From Thermoanaerobaculia bacterium (GTDB lineage: Bacteria > Acidobacteriota > Thermoanaerobaculia > Gp7-AA8): a stretch of 64,000 bases of DNA. Positions 18,277 through 28,123 of the stretch are shown here, piece after piece. The position numbers and the translations under genes were made by a program. Under the pieces are notes generated by a model. The model ran no database searches, was not told the DNA's origin, and saw nothing but the letters and a program-made list of their open reading frames with translations. Each line of letters begins with the position of its first letter. Position 1 is the stretch's first letter. The stretch spans positions 1,493-65,492 of the forward strand of contig DASVLC010000369.1 in NCBI GenBank assembly GCA_036385045.1. The letters run 5' to 3'.

Positions 18277-19086
18277 CTATCGCGAATCGGTCAGCCGCGC
18301 CAGCTCGACATTGCCATTCACGGTAACGATCCGCAGCTCGTGATTGCCGCCATTCACGTCTCCGGAGACTCGCCGGCTCCCAGGGCTGGAACGGATCGAA
18401 AGCGGGAAGGAGGCTTCGAAGTCACCGTTCACCTGCGACAGATTCACTGTGAACGACGCCGACTCCGGAAGGACCGCGCGCACTCTGCCGTTGACGGTCT
18501 TGAACCGCGCCCCCTGGAAGGACTCGCTGAAGGTCGCAAGCACACGCCCATTCACGGTCGTTGCGCGCAGCTCGTGGTTGCCGCTGATCTGGGTGTCGAT
18601 CGATCCATTGACAGTCACGAAGTCGCTTTCGCTGTCGCTTCCCTTCGTCACGATCTTTCCGTTGACGGTTCGGACGCTGAGCGAGACGCTGGGCGGAACC
18701 TGCAGCACGTAGTCGATGCGGCCGCGTCTACGGCCAAAGAGGTTCGGGATGTCCCACGACTTGCGCCGGCTGCTGTCACGCCGGCCGATGCGAAGAGTGT
18801 CGCCGTCGAGCTCCGTCTCGAAGATGCCTGAGTTTTCGGCGCCCTGCCTCACGTTGAGGCGCCCGCGACCGCTAGCCACCAGTGAGATCTTGTCAGTTTC
18901 TGCTGCCGCGATCGTGATGCTTCCGTCGACCTCGGTGACCCGCAGCTCGCGGATTCCGGCCGCTGGCCACTCCCTGGTCACCGTCACGCCCGCGGTCCGC
19001 TCCTGAGAGCGACTCTCGATCCTTCCGCAGCCTCCGAGAACCAGCAGGAGGCTGAGCAGACAAAGCGAGCGTGGCAGCGTTTTCAT
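18277..19086 (-). CDS. DUF4097-type (putative adhesin beta-repeat) lipoprotein
   Basis: Trimmed to 'MKTLPRSLCLLSLLLVLGGC' (lipobox), with GGAG 6 nt upstream. It carries repeated 'VNGxI/V' beta-strand motifs (VNGKIV, VNGSID, VNGRVL, VNGDFE, VNGNVE). Confidence 0.8.
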   Translation of the reverse strand: MKTLPRSLCLLSLLLVLGGCGRIESRSQERTAGVTVTREWPAAGIRELRVTEVDGSITIAAAETDKISLVASGRGRLNVRQGAENSGIFETELDGDTLRIGRRDSSRRKSWDIPNLFGRRRGRIDYVLQVPPSVSLSVRTVNGKIVTKGSDSESDFVTVNGSIDTQISGNHELRATTVNGRVLATFSESFQGARFKTVNGRVRAVLPESASFTVNLSQVNGDFEASFPLSIRSSPGSRRVSGDVNGGNHELRIVTVNGNVELARLTDSR

Positions 19087-19134
19087 TAAAGACTCCGTCG
19101 GCAGGTTGTACGACAATTCGGGGAAGAGGTTTCA

Positions 19135-19536
19135 TTGAGCGATCCTTCACAGACCCGACTCCTCCGAATCGCGGCTTTCCTGGTCGATGCACTCGCTGTG
19201 TCTCTCACGCTGGTACTCCCTGCCTCGGTCGTAAGCTACTCGATGACTTGGGCCGGTGTCCCTCGAGCGATTCAGCTCGTCTGGTGGGCCGCGCTCGCCA
19301 TCCTGCTCCTCTTCATGCTGTTACGCGACGGCTATCGCGGGCGCTCCATTGGCAAGCAACTACTCGGCCTTCGAATCATGACTCGCCAGGGCGACCACTG
19401 CGGTTACGGCCGCTCCTTCGTTCGAAACGTTCCCCTGGTGGTCCCTCTGTGGAATCTCGTCGAGGTCGTGCTGGTCCTTGCCGGTCGCCGCCGGACCGGC
19501 GATCGGATCGCGGGGACGACGGTTGCGGAGGAGTAA
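19135..19536 (+). CDS. RDD-family membrane protein
   Basis: TTG start. 'RLLRIAAFLVDALAVSL', 'LLRDGYRGRSIGKQLLGLRI' and 'RRTGDRIAGTTV' fit the RDD pattern. Confidence 0.8.
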   Translation: MSDPSQTRLLRIAAFLVDALAVSLTLVLPASVVSYSMTWAGVPRAIQLVWWAALAILLLFMLLRDGYRGRSIGKQLLGLRIMTRQGDHCGYGRSFVRNVPLVVPLWNLVEVVLVLAGRRRTGDRIAGTTVAEE

Positions 19537-19558
19537 GGCGAGCGTCTCTCGAGGCCTG

Positions 19559-19884
19559 GAGTCAGAGTCCGGGCTCGGGGGCGGGCTCGGGCGCGGGCTC
19601 GGGCCCGGGACACGGAGTGACCGGATAAAGATCAAAATGGACTTTCGACCCCCGGAGGCGTCGCGGAGGCAGTTCCTCGGCGATGGCGCTTCACTGCATG
19701 ATTAATGACCGGCGATTCCTGGTCCTCGGTCGTCGGCAAGGGATCCCTCTCCGTCCTCCGCCCCTCCCGCCCGCACACCCACCCCCGGGGCTGCGGCGGC
19801 TCGGGATGACAGGCGTGATCAGGCCCGGCCTCTTGATCACCCGTGCCCGCGCCCGAGCCCGAGCCCGAGCCCGGTCTTTGACTC
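19559..19884. mobile_element. composite MITE-like element: family-E inverted termini flanking a family-A copy
   Basis: The left terminus is gagtcagagtccgggctcgggggcgggctcgggcgcgggctcgggcccggg (19559-19609). The right terminus is cccgtgcccgcgcccgagcccgagcccgagcccggtctttgactc (19840-19884), its approximate reverse complement. Family-A copy 3 sits at 19728-19812. Confidence 0.6.
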
Positions 19885-19910
19885 ACAAGACATTCGGAAC
19901 CAGTCAGCGC

Positions 19911-20504
19911 CTAAACCACCTCAAACTCCAGACGCTTCTCCGTCAACGCCTTCGAGAACTCCTCGACCAGCGACCTCCGCACGTCGAACAGGAACTCGTT
20001 CTCATCCTCGAAGCGCTCGCCAACCAGCAGCACTCCCGGAGGAGCAACGAGCCGGTAGACGGTTCCGAGTGCATCGAACGGAACGACGATTCGGACGCGC
20101 TGGTAGAGATAGCGATCGAGCGGGATCGCCTCGCGCAGCGTGGCGGCGGCGGTGTCGCGATATGCGCGCGAGAGACCGCCTGTGCCGAGCTTCACGCCGC
20201 CATACCAGCGGACTACTACGACGCCGACATCATGAAAGCCGGCTCCCTCGATCGCCGCAAGGATCGGCTTGCCCGCGGTCCCTGATGGTTCGCCCGCATC
20301 TGAGCTCCGCGTCCGTCCTTCCGCGAAAAGCCTGAAGGCCCAGCAGTGATGAGTCGCGTCGAAGTCCCGCTTCTCGATTCGCGAGAGCTCGTCGAAGAAC
20401 GCTTCCTCGGCGGTCACCGGAAACGCCACTCCGAGAAACTCCGATCGTTCGATCTTCTGCCGGAGCTCGGCCGGCCTCGCGAGAGTCCTGTAGTGGTCAG
20501 ACAT
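19911..20504 (-). CDS. yigZ: IMPACT/YigZ family protein
   Basis: Trimmed to 'MSDHYRTLARP'. Motifs are 'HHCWAFRL' and 'DAGEPSGTAGKPIL'. It overlaps the mpg stop by 8 nt. Confidence 0.85.
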   Translation of the reverse strand: MSDHYRTLARPAELRQKIERSEFLGVAFPVTAEEAFFDELSRIEKRDFDATHHCWAFRLFAEGRTRSSDAGEPSGTAGKPILAAIEGAGFHDVGVVVVRWYGGVKLGTGGLSRAYRDTAAATLREAIPLDRYLYQRVRIVVPFDALGTVYRLVAPPGVLLVGERFEDENEFLFDVRRSLVEEFSKALTEKRLEFEVV

Positions 20505-21111
20505 TGCGATAAGCGGAGACGTGCCGGTTTCCGCGAAGGAAGAAACGAAGCGGCCAGGCTGCGGCGTCACCCGCGTTTTCCACGCCGATGCGTGGCGAAA
20601 CGATGATCTCCGACTCCAGCACCGGACCCCCTGCCGTGAGCCAGAGAGTCTCTCCGCGCAGGCTTTCGCCATCGAGCCGTCTGTCAATGTCGAGTGCCAT
20701 GCAGATCTTTCCAGGGCCGCTCATCAGATCAGTGTCCTTCTTCGCCTTCGGGCGTCTGCGCCGCATCTCTTCGATGCCTCGCACCGGTTCGGCCGCCCTG
20801 AGCAGGACCGCTTCGGCGAGGTCGCTTTCCTGAGTGACGACGTTGAGGCACCAGTGCATGCCGTAGGTGAAGTAGACGTAGGCGTGCCCTCCCTCGAGAT
20901 ACATCGACCGATTCCGTTCGGAGCGCAGTCCTCGGCGCGCGTGGCTCGCGGAGTCGTTTGCGCCGAGGTACGCCTCCGTCTCGACGATTCTCGCAGTAAG
21001 AAGCTCTCCTTCATCCATCCGGCGCCAGAGAAGACAGCCGAGGAGTGATCTGGCTACGCTGATTGTGTCGTTGAGAAAGAAGGTGCGCGGGAGAAGCCGT
21101 CGTCGGGACAT
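20497..21111 (-). CDS. mpg: DNA-3-methyladenine glycosylase (Mpg/AAG family)
   Basis: Trimmed to 'MSRRRLLPRTFF'. Motifs are 'ARIVETEAYLG', 'DSASHARRG' and 'GHAYVYFTYGMHWCLNVV'. Confidence 0.9.
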   Translation of the reverse strand: MSRRRLLPRTFFLNDTISVARSLLGCLLWRRMDEGELLTARIVETEAYLGANDSASHARRGLRSERNRSMYLEGGHAYVYFTYGMHWCLNVVTQESDLAEAVLLRAAEPVRGIEEMRRRRPKAKKDTDLMSGPGKICMALDIDRRLDGESLRGETLWLTAGGPVLESEIIVSPRIGVENAGDAAAWPLRFFLRGNRHVSAYRNV

Positions 21112-21128
21112 GAGAGTGGCGTGTGATC

Positions 21129-21953
21129 TCAGAGTTCGAAACGCCTCTCCTTCCGGTGATCGAGTGCATCCTCGGTCGTATGTCTTGCGATCACCTCGAG
21201 CAACGCAGCATGAACGCCGGCCGGCGCGCCGACGATGTTTCCACGATCGACCCAGCGATCCCCTCCGGAGAAGTCGGTCACGACGCCGCCCGCTTCTGTG
21301 ACGATCAGCGCGCCGGCGGCTACGTCCCACGGCGCCAGATGCATCTCGAAGAAGCCGTCGAAGATGCCGGCAGCGGTGTACGCGAGGTCGAGCGCCGCGG
21401 AACCGGCACGGCGGACGCCTTTGGACTTTCGAATTACATCTTCGAAGATCGCGACATAGGAGCTCACATACTCCTGAGCGCGAAACGGAAAGCCGGTTGC
21501 GAGAAACGAAGCCTCGAGCACGTCGTGCGACGAGACATGAATGCGTGAGTCGTCACGGAACGCACCGGCCCCTTTCTCGGCGGTGAAGAAGAGGTCGCGC
21601 AACGGCTCGTAGATCACGCCTGCGATCGTTTCACGCTCGCGGCGCAGGCCGATCGAGATGCACCACATGGGGAAGTGCTGGAGGTAGTTCGAGGTGCCGT
21701 CGAGCGGGTCGATGACCCAGGTGCGGCCTGACGTCCCTCCCGACCGGCCGCCCTCTTCACCGAGGATGCCGTCCTCGGGGCAGTGCTCCGCGAGCGTCTC
21801 GATGATTGCCTTCTCGCTCTCGCGATCGGCGGTGGAGACCCAGTCGTTTCTGGACTTGAGGTCGGCGTCGTCCTTGCCGAGCTGTTGCCAGTAGCGAAGC
21901 AGTACCGCGGCACCTCGCCGTGCTGCCTCGACTCCTATTTCGACATCATTCAT
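21129..21953 (-). CDS. inositol monophosphatase family protein (SuhB-like)
   Basis: Motifs are 'WVIDPLDGTSNY' and 'WDVAAGALIVTEAGG'. Confidence 0.9.
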   Translation of the reverse strand: MNDVEIGVEAARRGAAVLLRYWQQLGKDDADLKSRNDWVSTADRESEKAIIETLAEHCPEDGILGEEGGRSGGTSGRTWVIDPLDGTSNYLQHFPMWCISIGLRRERETIAGVIYEPLRDLFFTAEKGAGAFRDDSRIHVSSHDVLEASFLATGFPFRAQEYVSSYVAIFEDVIRKSKGVRRAGSAALDLAYTAAGIFDGFFEMHLAPWDVAAGALIVTEAGGVVTDFSGGDRWVDRGNIVGAPAGVHAALLEVIARHTTEDALDHRKERRFEL

Positions 21954-22052
21954 GGGGCCGATTGTATTCGCTCGTCACCATCCAGAAAGGGAAGGTAGCA
22001 AGAGATCCTGCTATGCGGAACGATGCGAGTCCGTTAATCTGGCGTCTTCCCA

Positions 22053-25000
22053 ATGAGCATGAGAGGCAGCACACGGCGTGCAGGCGGCGTCAGCGGCGTG
22101 ACGCCGCAGGCTTTTCAATGGGATCGCGCGGTGACGGCGACTCTCCGTCACGTCTCCCTCCCGTGGAACGAAACCGTCGCGACTACGCCACTTCCCGATG
22201 TGTCGCGGCTCGGCACCCGCGATCGCCTCTCGCTGATCGCGCAGTTCGCGGCGCATCAGGCGTTTCTCAGCTTCGCAGGGATCACTGACGGTGAGCTCGA
22301 TCCATCCGAGTGGGGAGTCGAACAGAAGCGTGGATCCGATCTGCGACTCGTAAGGCTTTCGGCCCGTTCGTGCGAAGCGACCGCGGTTCCACCTGCATTG
22401 ACGATCATTCAGCAGCTGGCCGCGCTCCATCCGGTCGATCTTCATGTGTTGCGCCATCCGTGGGCGCGTCCGGATGCCGTTTACGCTGAGGCATGGCTGC
22501 GGCTCTGCGGCGATGTGGCGGCAGACCTCCGATGGGCGCGTCTTGCAGCGACCGGAGAAGTTCTCGCACCGGGAGCGGAGGGCCTTCGCACGCTGGCTGA
22601 CGAGAGCGGTTGCTTCTCATGCGACGACGAGCGAGCCGCCGAAGTCGTGAGCCGTTATGCGGAGTGCAATCCTTCGATTCGCGTGGTCATGTTGCGTGGT
22701 GTATCGCCGTTGCGTCGTTATTCGGCACTCCCCTCAGAGGTCGCGGATCCTTCCCTCGAACCGGCAGCGGTCAGCGAAAGGCTCCTCGCGTCCACCGCTG
22801 CCATGCGGCACCTCTTCGTCGTCACCGAAGAGAGTGCCCTCGATGCGGGATCGCGCGAAGTCGTTCGGCTTCTCTCGACTGCCGGTCACGGAACCTGGTT
22901 GCTCGTCCGCGGAGGCGAGGCGCTGCCCCCGACGAGACGCTTCATCGTTTCGCCGAGAACCGCCAGTGCCAGGCAGGTCGTCGAGGCGCTCTCCGGATCG
23001 CTGGCGTCCTTCGTCGAGTCGCCGGCGTTCGACTCCTATCTTCGCTACGGGGAGGTTCCGGAACGTCCCGTAATCCTTCCGGCATTGGCCGAACCTCTGC
23101 GTTCGTACGTCGGAGCACTCGCACTCCTCGGACTGCGGACTCCCTGCGTCGCAGGCGGCCAGTTTCTCGATGCATTTCTATTTCGAGGAACTCTCGACGA
23201 GCTGGCGGTTCCTGAAATCTCAGCGGTCATCGATGATGAATATTGCTTCGTGAGCGATGCCGCGCGGGTGCAGGCGTCGCAGCTGATCGGTGCCGAATCG
23301 CGCGCGGCCATCTGCCGTGCAGCGGCGCCCTTCGCCAGTGGAACCGACGCCGCGCTCCTCTGGCTCGAGGCGGGCGATCGTGAGGCGGCCACCGCGACAC
23401 TGGATCGCACGACGTGGTCTTCAGCGGAGGAACTCGTCTCCGCGCTGCAGCGCGTCCCGGCAACGATCCTCAGCCCCGCGCTGGTCCTCCGCTACGGACA
23501 CGCACTGATCGACTGCGGCCGCTATCGCGACGCCTGCGAGCTGGCAGGAACTGACGATCTGATCTCCGCGCGCGCGGAACGGAGAACGGGGGACTACGCG
23601 ACTGCACTTGCGCGTCTCGAGCGTTCGGGCGGCGGCTTCGAAGCGTGTCTGCTGCGTGCGGAAATCCTGCGGCTTCTCGAGCGCGACGGCGAAGCGACGC
23701 AGATCCTTCGCAACTGCACGCCGTCCGATGACGAGGAGCGAATCCGTCTCGACTATGAGCGCGGACTCCATGCCGCGGACGGACAGCTGCCGGCCACGCA
23801 CTATCTCGGTCTGCGGCTCGCAACCTATCGCGCTCTCGAGCAAGGTGACCATGATGAAGCCGCTGCTCGTGGCGCGGAAGCTCTTGCACTAGCCAGAACG
23901 AAGATCGAAACGATCGATGCGCTGCTCGACTCTCTCTTTGCCAGCTTCTGCGCGGGCCGGTGGCAGGAGGCAAGGACGCGGGCCTTTGCGGCGCTACAGG
24001 AAGTCGAAGAGACCCAGGGGGACCGTGCTGCAGGAGGGATTCTCTTTCTTCTCGCCTATCTGGCCGCTGATGATGGCCAGTGGGCGCACGCGGCCCAGCG
24101 GATCGCCCGCCTGCGTCATTTCTACGGAGGGACTAACGACCATATCCGGCTTGCCGAGTTGCAGCTTCTGTCGGCCCACCTCGACTTCTCGCGCGGCCAC
24201 TTCGTCGAAGCCTCGCGTGCAGCGCAGGCGGTGCTGGAGGGGCGGCGTCAGCAGGATCAGATCCGGGAAGCGGCTGCGATCATCCTCGACGAGATCGCCT
24301 GGATCGATGGAAGACGTGACGCTCTGCTTTCAACAGGCGGCACGGGAAACGTGGAGCTCGATCGCCGTCACTCGAGAATCGCCGCCGCTCGAGCAGGAGA
24401 GCGGTTCACCGCGGATCCCGCGAGTACGGTTGCCGATCGCCTGTTCGCATTCCGGCAGGCACTCGCTGAGGACGACGAACCGACGGCGAGAACGCTCGCG
24501 CAGGAGCTCGACCTCGTCATTGAGCGTGCCGATCGCCCACGCGACGTCGAAATGGCGATCCTTCAGGCGATCGCAACGCGCGAGTTCCCGTTCACCGATC
24601 ACGAGCTGGGACGTCCCTGGTGTTTTGCCGCGCGGAACCGGCTCGGCCAGTGGAGCACGAACGGTCCGGTGCAGCCGCCGGCCGAATCGCTCGAAGCGCT
24701 GGAACCACCCCCGGGGTGGATCGTCTGCAGCGAACGGGAACGGCTTTTCATCGAAGGCTCGGCAGAGTGGAGCGTTGCCGGTCGCGCGGCAGTCGGCGCG
24801 ATCTTTCACATTCGCGCGGAGAACCAGCGGCTGCACCGCGTGCTCGACCAGGAAGAGCGCACCGCCCCCGCAGGAGCGACGCTCGACGGAATCGTCGGCC
24901 AGTCCGCTGCGATCCGCGAGATCGAAACGCTGGTACAGAGAATCGCTCGACGAGATGTGGCCGTCTGCGTTCTCGGCGAATCGGGAACGGGCAAGGAGCT

Positions 25001-25823
25001 CGTTGCGCGCGCGATCCATCGGAACTCATCACGGCGGCAGAAGACCTTCACGCCGGTGAACTGCGCGGCACTTCCCGAGAATCTGATCGAGAGCGAGCTG
25101 TTCGGCCATGTCCGCGGTGCCTTCACGGGAGCCGATCGCGATCGAGCGGGGCTGATCGAGACGAGTGACGGTGGAACGCTGTTCCTCGACGAGATCGGCG
25201 AGCTGCCCCTGCCGGCCCAGGCGAAGCTGCTTCGCTTTCTTCAGGATGGAGAGTTCCGCAGAGTCGGCGACACGGCGACCCGCTCGGCCGATGTTCGCAT
25301 CGTCAGCGCAACGAACCGCAAGCTCGATGCCGCGGTGGATGAGGGGCGCTTCCGCGATGATCTCTACTACCGAATACGCGGTGTCGACATCGTGCTGCCG
25401 CCGCTGCGTGAACGCGGAGCCGACGTTCTTCTGCTGGCGGCACACTTTCTGGCGGCGGAGCACCAGAAGCACAAGAGCGGGCCGGTCGCGATCTCGCCCG
25501 ACGCCGAGGCGGTCTTCACCGCGTACGCTTGGCCCGGTAACGTGCGCGAGCTCCAGAACACGATCCGTGCCGCCCACGCGCTGGCAGGGGAGTCGAAGGA
25601 AATTGACCTCGATCATCTTCCGGAGCGACTGCGCAACGTCGCACCTGCACGCCTGCAGGCCGGCTCGTATCAGGATGCCGTCTCGCGATTCAAGCGAGAT
25701 CTGATCGAACGCTCGCTCGTGCAGGCAAAAGGTAACCAGAATCGCGCCGCCGCCGTACTCCGGATGTCCCGCCAGGCACTCGCCTACCAGATCCGCGAGC
25801 TCGGCATCATGGTTCGGTCGTGA
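22053..25823 (+). CDS. sigma-54-dependent transcriptional activator with a roughly 900-aa N-terminal TPR/superhelical region
   Basis: The C-terminal third has Walker A 'GESGTGKELVARAIH', the sigma-54 contact loop 'GAFTGA', 'LPLPAQAKLLRFLQDGEFRRVGD', and a Fis-type HTH 'NQNRAAAVLRMSRQALAYQIRELGI'. I recognise no receiver, PAS or GAF domain in the N-terminus. Confidence 0.9.
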   Translation: MSMRGSTRRAGGVSGVTPQAFQWDRAVTATLRHVSLPWNETVATTPLPDVSRLGTRDRLSLIAQFAAHQAFLSFAGITDGELDPSEWGVEQKRGSDLRLVRLSARSCEATAVPPALTIIQQLAALHPVDLHVLRHPWARPDAVYAEAWLRLCGDVAADLRWARLAATGEVLAPGAEGLRTLADESGCFSCDDERAAEVVSRYAECNPSIRVVMLRGVSPLRRYSALPSEVADPSLEPAAVSERLLASTAAMRHLFVVTEESALDAGSREVVRLLSTAGHGTWLLVRGGEALPPTRRFIVSPRTASARQVVEALSGSLASFVESPAFDSYLRYGEVPERPVILPALAEPLRSYVGALALLGLRTPCVAGGQFLDAFLFRGTLDELAVPEISAVIDDEYCFVSDAARVQASQLIGAESRAAICRAAAPFASGTDAALLWLEAGDREAATATLDRTTWSSAEELVSALQRVPATILSPALVLRYGHALIDCGRYRDACELAGTDDLISARAERRTGDYATALARLERSGGGFEACLLRAEILRLLERDGEATQILRNCTPSDDEERIRLDYERGLHAADGQLPATHYLGLRLATYRALEQGDHDEAAARGAEALALARTKIETIDALLDSLFASFCAGRWQEARTRAFAALQEVEETQGDRAAGGILFLLAYLAADDGQWAHAAQRIARLRHFYGGTNDHIRLAELQLLSAHLDFSRGHFVEASRAAQAVLEGRRQQDQIREAAAIILDEIAWIDGRRDALLSTGGTGNVELDRRHSRIAAARAGERFTADPASTVADRLFAFRQALAEDDEPTARTLAQELDLVIERADRPRDVEMAILQAIATREFPFTDHELGRPWCFAARNRLGQWSTNGPVQPPAESLEALEPPPGWIVCSERERLFIEGSAEWSVAGRAAVGAIFHIRAENQRLHRVLDQEERTAPAGATLDGIVGQSAAIREIETLVQRIARRDVAVCVLGESGTGKELVARAIHRNSSRRQKTFTPVNCAALPENLIESELFGHVRGAFTGADRDRAGLIETSDGGTLFLDEIGELPLPAQAKLLRFLQDGEFRRVGDTATRSADVRIVSATNRKLDAAVDEGRFRDDLYYRIRGVDIVLPPLRERGADVLLLAAHFLAAEHQKHKSGPVAISPDAEAVFTAYAWPGNVRELQNTIRAAHALAGESKEIDLDHLPERLRNVAPARLQAGSYQDAVSRFKRDLIERSLVQAKGNQNRAAAVLRMSRQALAYQIRELGIMVRS

Positions 25824-25921
25824 TGTAACAGATCGAAGAATGGCGTGTAGCGAAACCGCTTCCGCCCGGTCGCACTGCGGACTTCACCCGTACAATCCAG
25901 CCTTTCAGGAAGGAAACGGAA

Positions 25922-27238
25922 ATGTTCCGCAAGACTGCAGTCTTCGTGGTGCTCCTATCCCTCGGCCTCGCCGGCTGTACCCTCTACAGCGAGGTCAGTG
26001 TCCTTCCTCTCAACCTTCTTCCCTCGAACATCGATCGCGGCTCCGATCTCAGCTCGATGCTGCGCAAAGCCGATTTCCTCCGGGCGATCGAGATGGCACC
26101 GACCATCGATGCCCGGCCCCGTCCGAACCCGTCCGATCTCGCCGCTCTCGGAAACGCCTACCTCGCGGCAGGGCGGTTCGACGAGGCGCGCGCACGCCTG
26201 CGCGCCGCGCTCGACCTGAATCCCTTCCGCGCGACCTACGCGCAGATCGCCTGGGATCTGTCGCAGGTCGAATACCTTTCGAACAACTTCGAGTCGAGTC
26301 TCGAGTGGGCAACGATCGCCGTAGAGAACGGCCTCTCCATCCGGCAGTGGCATCTCGACTATCTGCGGTCGCTCGTCAACATTCCCGTCTATCGCATCAG
26401 CGGCTCCGACACCGCGCGGGTGCCGTTCCGCTTCGGCCGCCCTGACGTTCCCCGCCTCGGTGTTCGCATCAACCGGTCACATGACGTGGAAGCGATCCTC
26501 GACTCCGGTGCCGTTCTCTCCATCGTTTCCACGCGTCTCGCATCGACACTTCCGGTCCGGACTCTCGGCACGTTCGAGGGGACTTTTTTCGGACTGCTCG
26601 GCGAGCCGATTCCTGTGACCTTCGGCATGCTCGACGCGCTCGAGATCGGCGACATGCTGATCGAGAACATCCCCGTCGCGATCATGCCCGATGAGAAGAT
26701 GCGTTTCCTCATCAGCAAGCGCGAAGGGACCGAGTTCCGCATGGACTTTCTTCTCGGTTCGCACCTGCTGAAGGACTTTCGTCTGGAGCTCAACTTCGAT
26801 CGTCATGCCCTGACAATGACAAAGCTTTACGAACGAGATCGCCGGCCGCACCCCGAGCAGAACCTCTTCTATCAGGGATTTCGTCCGCATGTCCGCGGGA
26901 CCGTCAACCGCAAAGGTTGGCACCTGTTCATCCTCGATACGGGCTCGGAGATCACCTTCCTGAATCAGAGCAAGATCAGCTCCCTGTCGGTCCCCGTTTT
27001 CGGTCAGGCCGTCCACGGCGCAACGCTTCAGGGACTCGGTGGCGCAATGAAACGCGGTTCCATGCTCGAGAACGTGGAGCTCGGCGTCGATGCATGGGGC
27101 GGCAAGTTCAAGACTCTTCCGATGTACCTGTCGGATGATCGCGAGAGCGCCGTTGGCATCATCGGTCAGAACTTCCTCAGGAACTTCAACGTGACGATCG
27201 ACTTCGGCACCATGCGTGTGGAGCTGAAGCGAAGGTAG
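25922..27238 (+). CDS. lipoprotein: TPR region + tandem retropepsin-like aspartic protease domains
   Basis: The lipobox is 'LSLGLAGC'. There are two D(S/T)G motifs, 'AILDSGAVLSIVS' and 'LFILDTGSEITFLN'. Confidence 0.75.
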   Translation: MFRKTAVFVVLLSLGLAGCTLYSEVSVLPLNLLPSNIDRGSDLSSMLRKADFLRAIEMAPTIDARPRPNPSDLAALGNAYLAAGRFDEARARLRAALDLNPFRATYAQIAWDLSQVEYLSNNFESSLEWATIAVENGLSIRQWHLDYLRSLVNIPVYRISGSDTARVPFRFGRPDVPRLGVRINRSHDVEAILDSGAVLSIVSTRLASTLPVRTLGTFEGTFFGLLGEPIPVTFGMLDALEIGDMLIENIPVAIMPDEKMRFLISKREGTEFRMDFLLGSHLLKDFRLELNFDRHALTMTKLYERDRRPHPEQNLFYQGFRPHVRGTVNRKGWHLFILDTGSEITFLNQSKISSLSVPVFGQAVHGATLQGLGGAMKRGSMLENVELGVDAWGGKFKTLPMYLSDDRESAVGIIGQNFLRNFNVTIDFGTMRVELKRR

Positions 27239-27261
27239 GACAGGGCCACTAGAATGGCCGC

Positions 27262-28047
27262 ATGTCCAGGCGAACGTTCGACGATCTCGTTTCTCTCATG
27301 ACGCGGCTCCGGGGGCCCGATGGCTGCCCCTGGGACCGCAAGCAGACCCTTCCCGATCTGAAGCCGTACGTCATCGAAGAAGCCTACGAGGTCGTCGATG
27401 CGATCGACCGCGACGACCGTGAGGCGCTCCTCGAGGAAGTCGGCGACATGCTGCTCGAAGCGGTCTTCATCGCCGAGATCACGCGCGAGGAAGGGACGTT
27501 CGACATCTACGACTCCATCACGGCGATTCACGACAAGCTCGTTCGCCGGCATCCGCACGTTTTCGGTGACGTCCAGGCGGGCGATGCCGAAGAAGTGCTC
27601 GTCAACTGGGAGAAGCTCAAGAGCGAAGAGCGGAAGGCGGAGAACAAGAGCGTCCTCTCGGGAGTGCCGCAGTCGATGCCGGCGCTGCTCAAGGCCTCGC
27701 GGCTCACGGAAAAAGCCTCGCGAGTCGGCTTCGACTGGCGACGCACCGAAGACGTCTTCGACAAGCTCGACGAAGAGATGGCCGAGCTTCGTGAGGCGGT
27801 GGCTTCGGGCGAGCAGGCGCGCATCCACGACGAGATCGGCGACCTCCTCTTCACGATCGCGAACATCGCACGCAAAGTGAACGTCAACGCCGAAGAGGCG
27901 CTTCAGTCGACGAATCGCAAGTTCATGAGTCGCTTCCAGTCGATGGAATCGCAGGTCCACGCCGATGGTCGCAACCTCGATCAACTCGAGCTCGAAGAGA
28001 TGGACCGGCTGTGGGACCGCGCGAAGGTCGCGGAGAGGGGCGGGTGA
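27262..28047 (+). CDS. mazG: nucleoside triphosphate pyrophosphohydrolase MazG
   Basis: Motifs are 'LRGPDGCPWDRKQT', 'EEAYEVVDAI' and 'EEVGDMLLE', with a second 'EEMAELREA...DEIGDLLF' half. Confidence 0.9.
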   Translation: MSRRTFDDLVSLMTRLRGPDGCPWDRKQTLPDLKPYVIEEAYEVVDAIDRDDREALLEEVGDMLLEAVFIAEITREEGTFDIYDSITAIHDKLVRRHPHVFGDVQAGDAEEVLVNWEKLKSEERKAENKSVLSGVPQSMPALLKASRLTEKASRVGFDWRRTEDVFDKLDEEMAELREAVASGEQARIHDEIGDLLFTIANIARKVNVNAEEALQSTNRKFMSRFQSMESQVHADGRNLDQLELEEMDRLWDRAKVAERGG

Positions 28048-28061
28048 GGTTTCGCTTTCGC

Positions 28062-28094
28062 GAATTGAGAATTGAGAATTGGGAATTGGGAATG
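28062..28094 (+). repeat. family-G AT-rich 8-nt tandem array (AATTGAGA/AATTGGGA)
   Basis: gaattgagaattgagaattgggaattgggaatg lies directly after the mazG stop. Confidence 0.85.
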
Positions 28095-28123
28095 AAGAAC
28101 GCGGAGTGCCCCATCCAAATCCG

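Noticed and set aside
25824-25921. A sigma-54 promoter between the activator gene and the retropepsin-lipoprotein gene (aaTGGCgtgtagcg...)
   Set aside because: The GG and GC elements are not at the required 11-nt spacing, and there is no TTGC -12 box.
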